Made by a program: the position numbers and the translations under genes. 64,000 nt of DNA from Eubacteriales bacterium (lineage in GTDB: Bacteria > Bacillota > Clostridia > Oscillospirales > CAG-272): the NCBI GenBank assembly GCA_045653945.1, contig JAZOML010000004.1, positions 57,095 to 121,094 of the forward strand. The letters run 5' to 3'. This document shows positions 44,701 to 54,300 of the stretch, piece after piece; within the stretch, counting starts at the first letter, position 1; every line of letters begins with the position of its first letter. The notes under the pieces are model-generated. The model did no database searches and was not told the origin of the DNA. It saw only the letters and a program-made list of their open reading frames with translations.

Positions 44701-45305
44701 CTACTATTGAGGAATACAAGAGCGCAAAGGTTGCATACGAGGAAATGAATGTTCAGTTCGAGGACCTTTCCAAATCAAGAGAGGAATTTGAAAATACCAT
44801 TGAAATTCTTGAGCGCGAAATGAGAGCAAAGTTTACTACGGTTATGGATGACATAAACGTTGCCTTCAAGCGTGTATTCCGCGAGCTATTCGGCGGCGGA
44901 AATGCTGAGCTTGTTCTCACCGACCCCGAGGACGTTCTACACTGCGGTATCGAAATTAACGTTGCGCTTCCCGGCAAGAATATCACCAATCTTTCTCTTC
45001 TTTCCGGTGGCGAACAATCGTTTATCAGTATTGCTCTTCTCTTCGCTATACTCAACGTAAACCCCACTCCATTCTGTATCTTCGACGAGATTGAAGCTGC
45101 TCTTGACGAGGTTAACGTTGCGGTATTCGCAAACTACATAAAGAAATACTCTGATAAAACTCAGTTTATCACCATCACACACCGTCGCGGTACTATGGAA
45201 GCGGCTGATACGCTCTATGGCGTAACGATGGCTGAAAAGGGTATTTCAAGAGTTCTCACCCTCAACGTAAACGAGGTTGAGGAAAAGCTCGGCGTAAAGC
45301 TTTAA
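41703..45305 (+). CDS. smc: Chromosome segregation protein SMC
   Basis: A 1200-aa product with Walker A GPNGSGKSN, long coiled coils, a hinge, and C-terminal LSGGEQSF and FCIFDEIEAALD. Confidence 0.95.
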   Translation: MRLLSLELHGFKSFPDKTVLKFAPGVTIVIGPNGSGKSNISDAVRWVLGEMVNSKSMRGSKSEDVIFGGADTRKPMSYAEVSITFDNREEAGFSRLASDYDEVTVTRRYNRNGTSEYMINRQAVRLKDINTLFMNTGVGKGGYSIVSQGKVAEIISQKSDERRNIFEEAAGISKYRSQKDAAEKDLASTALNCERLADILAERKTTLDRLEKDAERAKKYLDVYERKKEADISLSVYDITVTRDDLADKQAKYDELTRSLNFADNEITDANNESERLDIERTKAKEKASTLTSKIEGMASDRAKSDTRAQVLANDIEHLEDDIKQSSDNIKALSERLVTLIAKADEAHEALNNVIAVYGQASEKTALLEKEMQDIKAQIDAIELEIEEELEKTEALNERLDNLRFAGASLEGSESTSVERREEIKNEIAETEKSTEACKAGMERYKRRLDDYDQRRSVIEAEETARAEQISALKEKQAALNQQIIDFASDLRDIRTRIDNLRRMEELFEGYPHSVSALMGAAKAGKISGIIGPLSHIFSTEKQYSLAIETALGSNIQNIVTENDAAAKEAVRWLKQNNAGRSTFYPLNTMQPSSLTVKLEEIQKRKGFIGVASDLVDYDPKFDAVIKNLLGRTLIFDNLDNANDTSKAFAYKVRIVTLDGQLVNAGGSITGGQAKRESGVLNRTANIDTLNADKIRIEAKKQNADKEYALVSDELAELIEKSTANAEKMQIINSLYQADLKQYTAFETQLQGVNDNIAKLNEQLTDIDNSEIRMREEKERIAAEIEQVKAEIDACEQRKTEKTEKRSSLKNDYDKKSSEYNQSRIDLAGLEKDVEAARRELEIRAGAQSDCEGEIAEENEAIESAKQEITNHKNEIIRLATETGNYDETIQQMNDERSEAEALVRELDAKITALGREVQDKMSARETLSNDHTNLANKLEALQNNLDNMISYLQTEYEITFSEAQAMNYPPVTKENRSEVAHTLQELKYKLRGIGSVDPSTIEEYKSAKVAYEEMNVQFEDLSKSREEFENTIEILEREMRAKFTTVMDDINVAFKRVFRELFGGGNAELVLTDPEDVLHCGIEINVALPGKNITNLSLLSGGEQSFISIALLFAILNVNPTPFCIFDEIEAALDEVNVAVFANYIKKYSDKTQFITITHRRGTMEAADTLYGVTMAEKGISRVLTLNVNEVEEKLGVKL

Positions 45306-45320
45306 TATAAGGAAACAGTT

Positions 45321-46226
45321 ATGGGATTTTTTGAGAAACTTAAACAAGGTCTTGCTAAGACCAAAAGAGCTATTGCTGCTCAAATGGAAAGCCTTTTCAA
45401 GTCATTTGTCGCTATCGACGAGGATATGCTTGTGGAGCTTGAGGAAATACTGATTGCAAGCGACGTAGGTGTCGCTACCACAAGTGAAATACTTGAAAAG
45501 CTCCGCGACATTATAGCAACCGAGGGACTTACCGAGGCATCTCAGGCTAAAAAAGCACTTGAAGAAATACTCGTCGAAACCATCGGTGAGGGTGAGCCGT
45601 TAAAGCTTGATACAAAGCCATCCGTTATTCTTGTTATCGGTGTAAACGGTGTTGGAAAAACCACAACTATCGCAAAAATTGCAAATCATCTTGTTTCGCA
45701 AAAGAAAAAGGTTATGCTTGCGGCAGCCGATACCTTCCGCGCTGGCGCTATTGAACAGCTCCAAATATGGGCAGACAGAGTGGGCGCTGATATTGTTAAG
45801 CACACCGAGGGCTCCGACCCTGCAGCAGTCGTTTTCGACGCTATCAGCGCCGCAAAAAACAGAGGCTGCGACGTTGTTATAGTTGATACCGCCGGCAGAC
45901 TCCACAATAAGAAAAACTTAATGGACGAGCTTGCAAAAATCAACCGTGTTATAGGTCGTGAGCTTCCCGATGCATCAAGAGAAACTCTCCTTGTGCTTGA
46001 CGCAACAACAGGACAAAACGCCGTAAATCAGGCTAAGGAATTTAAAAATGCCGCCGCTATTACGGGACTTGTGGTTACTAAGCTTGACGGAAGCGCAAAG
46101 GGCGGAATTGTATTCTCTATCAAAAGAGAGCTCGGACTCCCGATTAAATACATTGGTGTAGGCGAAAAGGCTGACGATATGGAGCCCTTTGACGCAAAGG
46201 ACTTTGTAAAAGCTTTGTTTGAATAA
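45321..46226 (+). CDS. ftsY: Signal recognition particle receptor FtsY
   Basis: GVNGVGKTTTIAK, DTAGRLHNK and TKLDGSAKGG motifs. Confidence 0.95.
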   Translation: MGFFEKLKQGLAKTKRAIAAQMESLFKSFVAIDEDMLVELEEILIASDVGVATTSEILEKLRDIIATEGLTEASQAKKALEEILVETIGEGEPLKLDTKPSVILVIGVNGVGKTTTIAKIANHLVSQKKKVMLAAADTFRAGAIEQLQIWADRVGADIVKHTEGSDPAAVVFDAISAAKNRGCDVVIVDTAGRLHNKKNLMDELAKINRVIGRELPDASRETLLVLDATTGQNAVNQAKEFKNAAAITGLVVTKLDGSAKGGIVFSIKRELGLPIKYIGVGEKADDMEPFDAKDFVKALFE

Positions 46227-46236
46227 GAGGTATAGT

Positions 46237-46827
46237 ATGCAGATAATTCTGGCAACTCACAACAAAAACAAGGTAAAGGAAATGCAGAGCTTTCTTTCGG
46301 GCATTTTAGATGACGTTACAGTTATCACCGCAACAGAGGCGGGCTTTACCGAAGATATTGAGGAAAACGGCGCTACTTTTGAAGAAAATGCGCTGATAAA
46401 GGCAAGAGCTGTTAAGCTTGACGGCGCTATTTCTATTGCCGATGACTCGGGACTTTGCGTAAATGCTCTTGGCGGTGCGCCCGGTATATATTCGGCAAGA
46501 TATGCAGGTGAGCCCTGTGATGATAAGAAAAACAACGCAAAGGTACTAAGAGAGCTTGAGCTCTTTGACGACAGAAGCGCTTCGTTTGTTTGCGCTATTG
46601 CTTGCGTGCTCCCCGATGGAAGCGAATTTACCGTAAGAGGCAAGGCTGACGGTATTATGCTCACTGAAGAAAAAGGACAAGGCGGCTTTGGATATGACCC
46701 GCTGTTCTTTTTCCCTGCTCTAAACAAAACCTTTGCCGAGCTTTCGCGTGAAGAAAAGCACGAGGTCAGCCATAGGGGTAACGCTCTTAGACTTTTACGC
46801 GAGGAGCTTCTTATAAGACTTAAGTAA
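46237..46827 (+). CDS. rdgB: Non-canonical purine NTP pyrophosphatase (RdgB/HAM1)
   Basis: MQIILATHNKNKVKEM and GGFGYDPLFF. AAGAGG lies upstream of ATG 46237. Confidence 0.85.
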   Translation: MQIILATHNKNKVKEMQSFLSGILDDVTVITATEAGFTEDIEENGATFEENALIKARAVKLDGAISIADDSGLCVNALGGAPGIYSARYAGEPCDDKKNNAKVLRELELFDDRSASFVCAIACVLPDGSEFTVRGKADGIMLTEEKGQGGFGYDPLFFFPALNKTFAELSREEKHEVSHRGNALRLLREELLIRLK

Positions 46828-46841
46828 GGAGAAATGCGGCA

Positions 46842-47459
46842 ATGTACGAGCTTGCTATATACGGCGGAACGTTTGCTCCCGTTCACAACGGGCACGTGCA
46901 CGCCGCAAAATGCTTTTTTGAGGCAGTAAAGCCCGACAAGCTTTTGATTATACCAACACTTATTCCCCCACACAAACAGCTTAATTTCAAGGACAATCCA
47001 CAGGATAGACTTGAAATGCTTAAGCTAGCCTTTATGGATAAGGACGGCTACGGTGATAAAATCGTAATTTCCGACTACGAGCTTAACGCTCCACCACCGA
47101 GCTATACAGTTAATACTTTAAAGCATTTTTCAGCCCAAGACACCCACATAACGTTTCTTGTCGGAACTGATATGTTTTTAACACTTGATGCTTGGAAAAG
47201 TCCTGAGGAAATTTTCAAGCTGTGTACCGTCGCTCTTATGAAAAGAGAGCTTAGTGAAGAATATAGCACACAAATTAACGAAAAATTAATGATTTATCGC
47301 AATAAATACAACGCCGATATCAAAGTATTAGATTTTGTCCCAATCGAGCTTAGTTCTACCGACATAAGGGAAATGGATAGTGAGGACAGAAAAAAATATC
47401 TTCCCAAAGCGGTTTTTGATTACATTAAGGAGCACAGGCTGTATGAAAATTATAACTGA
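46842..47459 (+). CDS. nadD: Nicotinate-nucleotide adenylyltransferase
   Basis: YGGTFAPVHNGH motif. The nadD-yqeK-rsfS synteny supports the call. Confidence 0.85.
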   Translation: MYELAIYGGTFAPVHNGHVHAAKCFFEAVKPDKLLIIPTLIPPHKQLNFKDNPQDRLEMLKLAFMDKDGYGDKIVISDYELNAPPPSYTVNTLKHFSAQDTHITFLVGTDMFLTLDAWKSPEEIFKLCTVALMKRELSEEYSTQINEKLMIYRNKYNADIKVLDFVPIELSSTDIREMDSEDRKKYLPKAVFDYIKEHRLYENYN

Positions 47460-48072
47460 AAAAGTCCTTAATGAAATGCGTGAGGAATTAAAAAAACATA
47501 TAGGCGACCATAGACTTGCTCACTCTCTTTCGGTTGAAAGCGAGGCATATATGCTTGCGACACTTTTCGGTCTTGATGAGCAAACAACGTTAAAGCTGAG
47601 AGCCGCCGCAATTTTGCACGATGTAACCAAGGCAATAGACACTATAGGACAAATTTCACTGTGCAAGGAATACGGTATAGCTTTAACGCTTGATGACATA
47701 AGCAGTCCAAAGGTGCTTCACTCGATAAGCGGTGCGGAAATGGCAAAGCGACTCTTTCCCGACTACGTTGACGGCGAAATTTACGGTATGATACTTAACC
47801 ACACAACAGGAGCAGCAAAAATGACACTGTGCGAAAAGCTGCTGTATCTTGCCGACTACATCGAGCCAAAAAGAACGTTTTTCGATTGCCTTGAGCTACG
47901 AGGATTTTTCTATGAGGCGGACACTCTGCCAACTGAAAAGCATTTAAACAAAACACTTCTCCTCTCGTTTGATATGACACTTAAGGTTTTACTTAACGAG
48001 AGCCAACCGATACATCCCAAAACAGTTTCGGCAAGAAACGGTATAATTGAAGAATTAAATCTAAAAATATAG
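47443..48072 (+). CDS. yqeK: HD-domain bis(5'-nucleosyl)-tetraphosphatase YqeK
   Basis: RLAHSLSV and AAILHDVTK HD motifs. ATG 47443 overlaps the nadD end. The track extension was rejected. Confidence 0.8.
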   Translation: MKIITEKVLNEMREELKKHIGDHRLAHSLSVESEAYMLATLFGLDEQTTLKLRAAAILHDVTKAIDTIGQISLCKEYGIALTLDDISSPKVLHSISGAEMAKRLFPDYVDGEIYGMILNHTTGAAKMTLCEKLLYLADYIEPKRTFFDCLELRGFFYEADTLPTEKHLNKTLLLSFDMTLKVLLNESQPIHPKTVSARNGIIEELNLKI

Positions 48073-48094
48073 TTAAAGGAAATTAATAGACACT

Positions 48095-48466
48095 ATGTTA
48101 AAATTCACAGCAAAGCAATTATCATCTCGAATAGGTCTTGCACGCGCAATCTATAACGTGCTTGACGAAAAGCAAGGTGAAAAAATTAAAGTTCTTAGGG
48201 TTGAAAAGCAAACAAGTCTTTGCAACTACTTCATAATTTGCGAGGGTAGAGCCACAACACACGTTCGTGCTCTTGCAGACGAGGTTGAGGCAGTGCTTTC
48301 GCAGGCAGGGGTTCATCCGTTGCATACCGAGGGACTTGATAACGGCAACTGGGTAGTGCTTGACTACGCCTCGGTTATCGTACACATTTTTGACAAGCCT
48401 TCAAGAGAGTTTTACAATCTTGAAAAGCTTTGGCGAGATGCCACTGCCGTTAATATTGAAGACTAA
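48095..48466 (+). CDS. rsfS: Ribosome silencing factor RsfS
   Basis: A 123-aa product with the iojap-like core CNYFIICEGRATTHVRALADEV and VVLDYASVIVHIF. Confidence 0.9.
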   Translation: MLKFTAKQLSSRIGLARAIYNVLDEKQGEKIKVLRVEKQTSLCNYFIICEGRATTHVRALADEVEAVLSQAGVHPLHTEGLDNGNWVVLDYASVIVHIFDKPSREFYNLEKLWRDATAVNIED

Positions 48467-48470
48467 TGCA

Positions 48471-48500
48471 AAAAAAGCAAGAGCACGCTCTTGCTTTTTT
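48471..48500. terminator. rsfS terminator
   Basis: AAAAAAGCAAGAGC-ACG-CTCTTGCTTTTTT. Confidence 0.8.
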
Positions 48501-48548
48501 AAATTAAAAATTAGGCGGCCGCAATTAAGCGACCGCCTATTTAATTTG
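48501..48548. terminator. Terminator of the PL8-like gene (minus strand)
   Basis: TAGGCGGCCGC-AATTAA-GCGACCGCCTA (one mismatch). T-rich tracts lie on both sides. Confidence 0.6.
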
Positions 48549-48558
48549 TGAGAACGAA

Positions 48559-50967
48559 TTACTTGTTGATTACTACAGTAAGAGTATTGCCGTTAGCAGC
48601 GATAGCTCTATTTACCTGAAGTGTTGTTCCGTTAATGGTAAGTCCATCACTTATAGAAGCGACCTGACCGCCTGCGATATTAAGAGTGATGTTACCGAAG
48701 CCCTCAGCAGTAGTGTGAGTGAAATCGGATACTGCAATAGTGATCGTTGTGTCGGTTTCTTTTACAAGAACGGTACAAGCGAAGTCAGAGGAAAGGTAAC
48801 CCTCAACCGCTGCAGCCTCCCAGAAGGTATATCCAACCATACCCGATGATGCATCCTTAACTGCCTGAACCTTTTCGGTGTTAGCAAGAACAGTGTAATC
48901 GGGAGCTTTAACGTAAGCGTAGAAGCCGTTTTCATTCTTTTGATTCGAAGCGGGTACAATTACGTACTCATATGTCTTACCACTAAAGGTATAGGGGTTA
49001 TCCTCGCTCTCGGAATGGTCAATCCAAAATTCAACAAAGTTTCCACCCTCAGTCTTATTGAGTGAGTAGTAAAGTTGGTCGTTCTTGGCTGCAGGAACGT
49101 AAATTCCGCCGTAATTCATAACATAAATTGCATCATTTGCGGCTTTATCCTCTCTGTTAGGAGCGAGCATAATATCGTCTTTTAAGTTAACAGAGGTCAT
49201 AATTGAGGAGAATGAACCGTAGAAAATATTTTCAACATTAGTAACAACTCTATAGTTTGCAGGTCTACCTGTGTTAACGTTGTAGCTCTGACCTTTACTA
49301 CTGATTCCTGCGCCGAGAGCTACTATTTCTTCATCAAAGAAAAACCATGATTTCTTGACGTCAATAGTAGAGTTATAATCAGCGTTATTTGCGGTAGCAT
49401 GCATTGCAGAAACGGCGAAGTTTCCTATGGTTACCGAACCTGCTTCAGTGTTATTTCCGGTTGCATTACCGCTCGATGCAAGAGTTCTGTCAATCGTAGC
49501 AACCGTCGAACCCGGTAAACGTCCACCGTTTACGTACTTCCAGTAGTTTGAATCAGGTGCGTACTTTGAGGTATAAATCATAAGTGCGCCGTCACCACTG
49601 TACCAACCATTACTATTTATAGGATTATATATAAATGCATCACCAAATTGAGTGGCGTTGAAATTAGTGTCAAAGCGGTTAACTCTAGTCTCATACTTTA
49701 TGGTACGGATAGAAGAAAGCGAAAGAGATGCGGAATAGTTAGGACTAAGAATATTAAGCTTATCGCTCATAGCAAAGCTGAATGCACCCTCGATAGACTT
49801 AGTCGAAATATCCTCGTCATCCATTATATCCTCAAAACGGGTTGCGCCATAAGTGGAAAGATATGCAAAGAAGTCAGCATTTGGTGCCGCAGCATAGCCC
49901 TTAACAACTGCACGAAGCAAATTTGCCTTATCATCATCCTCAGCCTCTTCAAAGTAATCAGCAAGAGCGATCATAGAAGAAACTGCACGTCCGCCGATGT
50001 ATTCAGCCTCACCGACGAAGGAGCTGGACGTGGATGCAAACGCTCTACCATTATAAAGAGAAGGCATAATGCTATTTACAGCCCAATTATAAAGATATGC
50101 GGGAATATTAAGCTCAGAGTTAAAATCACAAGCTTCTCCCTGAATTGCATAGGCAATCTCTACAAGCTCCGAAAATGCGATTGCACCGTATGAGCCAGAA
50201 GAGGCAATCTTAGGATCAGTTATAAATGATCCGTCAGCATAAAGTCCTTGGCCGCTGGTTACGTTAACCGCAAGTCCTGCAAGCTTTTCAATTATAGGTG
50301 AAATTCCCTCTTCGTCATCAATAATAACTGCATAACCAAGAGAAATGTAAGCCGAACGTGCAAGATCGACGCCTTTGCCGTAAGCAGTAGGAATCAACTC
50401 GGTAGCGTGAACTGCGTACTCCTCAGCCTTAGAATCACTCATTTCGCCCTCTTCAGTTAAAATAAGCAGGGTTCTGATCAAATACTCAGCCGCATCAAGA
50501 CGTTCTCTAGATGTAAGAGAATCGTTAATCCAGTCCTGCCAGGTTTCGTTGAATGGTCCACCGGGCTCGGTTGCAAGGTATTCAAAACCTGCCTCAATCA
50601 TATCCATCAAATCGCCGTCGTGGTAATGCTTTGAGGTCTTGGTTGCCCAAGCAACGGTCATAGTGTAAAGATTCTCATAGAACACACCTTCATAAGACGA
50701 ACCTGCCATATCAGACATATTGGATGGATCCCAATATCCGACGCTTGGGTCGAAATAAAGTCTCATACCGTCAACATCAGCATCAAGTCTCTTAACGTAC
50801 TCCTGTGAGTATTCGTTTTCGTCGTCAAGCTTACCGTTGCCAATCATCAGCTCAACAAGTCTCTCACGAACTGTACCCGTCGTTCCACCGCATCCAAGCA
50901 TCCAAATAGGAAGCATTGAAATAACGAGGATGATTGCGAGGACCTTTGTCAAACGCTTAATCTTCAT
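48559..50967 (-). CDS. Polysaccharide lyase family 8-like lipoprotein
   Basis: Lipobox MLGC. PL8-like blocks: ADGSFITD..GSYG, WYSGDGALMIY, YWKYVNGGRLPGSTV and KKSWFFFDEEIVALGAGI. Confidence 0.65.
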   Translation of the reverse strand: MKIKRLTKVLAIILVISMLPIWMLGCGGTTGTVRERLVELMIGNGKLDDENEYSQEYVKRLDADVDGMRLYFDPSVGYWDPSNMSDMAGSSYEGVFYENLYTMTVAWATKTSKHYHDGDLMDMIEAGFEYLATEPGGPFNETWQDWINDSLTSRERLDAAEYLIRTLLILTEEGEMSDSKAEEYAVHATELIPTAYGKGVDLARSAYISLGYAVIIDDEEGISPIIEKLAGLAVNVTSGQGLYADGSFITDPKIASSGSYGAIAFSELVEIAYAIQGEACDFNSELNIPAYLYNWAVNSIMPSLYNGRAFASTSSSFVGEAEYIGGRAVSSMIALADYFEEAEDDDKANLLRAVVKGYAAAPNADFFAYLSTYGATRFEDIMDDEDISTKSIEGAFSFAMSDKLNILSPNYSASLSLSSIRTIKYETRVNRFDTNFNATQFGDAFIYNPINSNGWYSGDGALMIYTSKYAPDSNYWKYVNGGRLPGSTVATIDRTLASSGNATGNNTEAGSVTIGNFAVSAMHATANNADYNSTIDVKKSWFFFDEEIVALGAGISSKGQSYNVNTGRPANYRVVTNVENIFYGSFSSIMTSVNLKDDIMLAPNREDKAANDAIYVMNYGGIYVPAAKNDQLYYSLNKTEGGNFVEFWIDHSESEDNPYTFSGKTYEYVIVPASNQKNENGFYAYVKAPDYTVLANTEKVQAVKDASSGMVGYTFWEAAAVEGYLSSDFACTVLVKETDTTITIAVSDFTHTTAEGFGNITLNIAGGQVASISDGLTINGTTLQVNRAIAANGNTLTVVINK

Positions 50968-51360
50968 TTGTTTTCGTTCTCCTTAACATAAAATGAATTT
51001 CTCGCCGGAAATATGTACATATAATGAACAAAATTTATGATACGTTGTTCAGGGCACAATTTCACTAGTTACAAATGATTATATTATATTTACGCGCCGA
51101 ATGGTTGAATAAATTGTTAACAATTCAGGCATAAAACTATCTTTTTAAAAAACTTTATAACACTCTTGTAAGCCTTGCACAAAATAATTTCCATTTTTTT
51201 GTAAAGAATAACTATTTAGCATTTTATACAAACGGCAATTTAGTACGCACTCCTTTTCGGTCAACATTAATAATAAAGTTACAAATATTTTATTGCAATT
51301 TCCTATTATATATGATATAATTTTTACAAGTGAAATTTTTCCAAAGAAAGGATTACCATT

Positions 51361-54300
51361 ATGAAGAAAGTAATATCAATGTTACTTATTCTGACGACTT
51401 TGATGAGTTGTTGTGTTATGTTCTTCGCTTGTGGCGATGACGAAACCTCAACAGGCATTCTCAATGAGCAGGGCAGAATTCCTAAGGAGTCGTCGACAAT
51501 TCTCGACATCAGTACATCAGAGCTTGAAAGCGCCGATGTAAAGGAAGGAGAGCCTGCGGCGGCTAAGTGGACAATTGGCAAAAATGCTAACAACCGTTCG
51601 CTTAAGCTCGATCTTTCCGTAACCGACCTATCCAAGTACAAAGAAATAACCTTTTGGATGAACAACACCTCAAACACGCCGTTTACATTCAGATTTTATT
51701 TCATTGCCGAGGACGGAACGGAGTATATGGCGGCATCCGACCTTGACTACCCCTACATTGATAGAGGTAACGCTTCAATGCACGCTTGGACTTATCTTGA
51801 CTACGCTGAGCCCGTACAGTACATAACCGCATATCCCGGTTGGTATCAGTACACATTCCCCTTCAGCGAGGTAGACGTTCTTACCGGCGGTAAGCTTAAC
51901 CCCAACAAGGACAACGGCTACAAGCAGTGGACTTATGACGAAAAAACCGGAAAAAGCGAGGTTAAGTTCGACAAGTCTAAGATAGTTGCTATCAAAATTG
52001 ATGCTTCAGTTGCACAGAACATCACCTCCGATATTGGAATGGAAATCGGTTCTATTGAAGCTAACAACAACAAGTACGGCACTATCAAGGGATTTGGTAT
52101 CAGTAAGCTTTCAAATGCCGTTGCTTTCTATAAGCACAGCGAAGCTTATATGTATAACCAACACCGTATGCACCTCACCTACAACGAAATGGATGCTCTC
52201 GGAACAACCGGCGACTCTGTTTACGTTCCGATTGAAATACTTGCAAAGCACAGAGGCGCAACCAATATTGTCGCTAATAAAGATTTAGTTACATTTAAAT
52301 ATAATGGTGTCGACTACGAATTCAAGGCGGGCGATACCTACACATACGTTGCTGATGAGCGTACCTCGGCAACAGGACTTACCCTCAAGGGTGAGGCTTC
52401 CTCTATTGGCGATTACCTCACCGTTCCAATGGAAGTAGCACGCGATACTCTCGGCTACAAGCTCTTCTACGACGTATCGGGTCTTGTTATCTTCTCCGAT
52501 AGAGGATATCCCGACGCAACAAAGGAAAACGATACCAACTATTGGAAAAACAACTGGGAAAAGGTTTCTTACGTTTCACCACAAAGCGATCTTTATTACA
52601 CAGGTAATACGGACGACCTTCATCGCGGGAACCAGCTCCGTTACATCGCTCAAATTTCCAAGGTTATATGCTATGACTACATAACCGGTCAGGAAATGCT
52701 TGAGGATATGGATAATATTCACGGCAAAAACTCTCACGGTAACATTTTAGTATCCAACGCACAGATTGAAAAGCTCAAGGGCTACATTGAAACCGACTCG
52801 GTTTACGCATCCTGGTTTGCAGCTTATTCAAAGCAGTATGAAAAGGGCTCTCCAAAATGGACAGCAAAAATGCCCGAATTTTTCCTTTACGACGGTCAGC
52901 GTATGGCTTCCGATAATGCAGAGCTTATCGAAAATTTTGCGTTTATGTACCGTATGACAGGCGAAGAGGACTATGCAGAGCAGGTAGTTAAAATAATGAA
53001 AGCTCTACTCCGCTTCAAGGACTGGGTATCAGGCGCTAAATCTTGGCATCCTGAGCACTTCCTTGACTGCGCAGCGCCTATGCTTTACTATGCAATCGGC
53101 TACGACTGGTGCTACGATTATATCGCAAAGGATGAGGAGCTCAAGGCTCAGCTTGAAGAGGGTGCTTGGGAATATGCTTACGGCGCCGCTATGGGACACG
53201 GCGAATTATTCGATTGGTGGTCCGACCCTAATAATATCAAAAAATATAGAGAAAAGGCTGCAGAGTCCACAACCGATGATATTAAGCCCGCACCTTGGAG
53301 CAGCTGTAAGTTCCCTTATTCCGTTAATCCCTTCAACTACAACTGGTCTAATCCCGTACCTTGCCGCTATGACGTTTACTCCTATCCAGGTAACTGGAAC
53401 GCGGTATGTAACGGCGGTATGACTCAGATTGCATTCGCATTTGCTAACGTAGACTCTAAATTTAGAGCTGCAAGTGAGTATCTCCTTTCTTACACGGTTA
53501 ATGATACAACCTTCGCAATGTTTGACTGCTACGCTCCCGACGGTGCACACCCCGAGGGACCCGGTTACTGGTGGTTCGGTACAAAGGATCAGGTTCCCTT
53601 CTTTGAAACAATACTTAACTGTACCGGATCTTATCACGGCTTACATCAGATGCCCGGTTACGAGGACTCCCTCTATTACGTTCTTGGATTATCTGCTCCT
53701 AACCTCTTGGCTTGGAACTATCACGACTGTTTAGAGGGTACAGGATTACCTTCAACCGGCTTCTTTGCACTTGCTAAGCAATGTAATTTACCAGAAATTG
53801 CTCAGTACCGTTACAAATTAATTACAAGCGGTCAAGTCAAACTCAGCATTATGGATTTACAGTACTATGACCCCGCTATATGCCACGAAAATCCTAATAT
53901 TGAATTAGCACTTGACTACGTTTCTTACAAAATTGGTATGACTACCTTCCGTTCAAGTTGGGACGAAACGGCGGTATTTGCCGGTCTCCACGGTGGAGAT
54001 AACGCCGCAGAACACGGACAAATAGACATCGGTGCGTTCATACTTCAGTACGGTGATACTCGTTTCTTCGTTGACCTTGGCTCTGACAACTACGTATGTC
54101 CCGGTTACTTCAATGATCCCGCACGTTGGTGGCTCTATAGAAACCGTATTGAGGGACACAACTCTCTTGTTATCAACCCCGAATTCGTTAACAGATCTCT
54201 CAACAAGTGGGCCGGTAACTACGTTAAAGACGCAGGTCAGTTCTCCGACGTATGGGCTTGTGATATGGCACAGCGTTCTCTTGAAGGATTTAATATGGAC

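Noticed and set aside
46257-46973. 238-aa minus-strand Ser-rich ORF
   Set aside because: It is antisense to the well-supported rdgB and nadD genes. The Ser/Leu-rich composition is typical of a shadow ORF.
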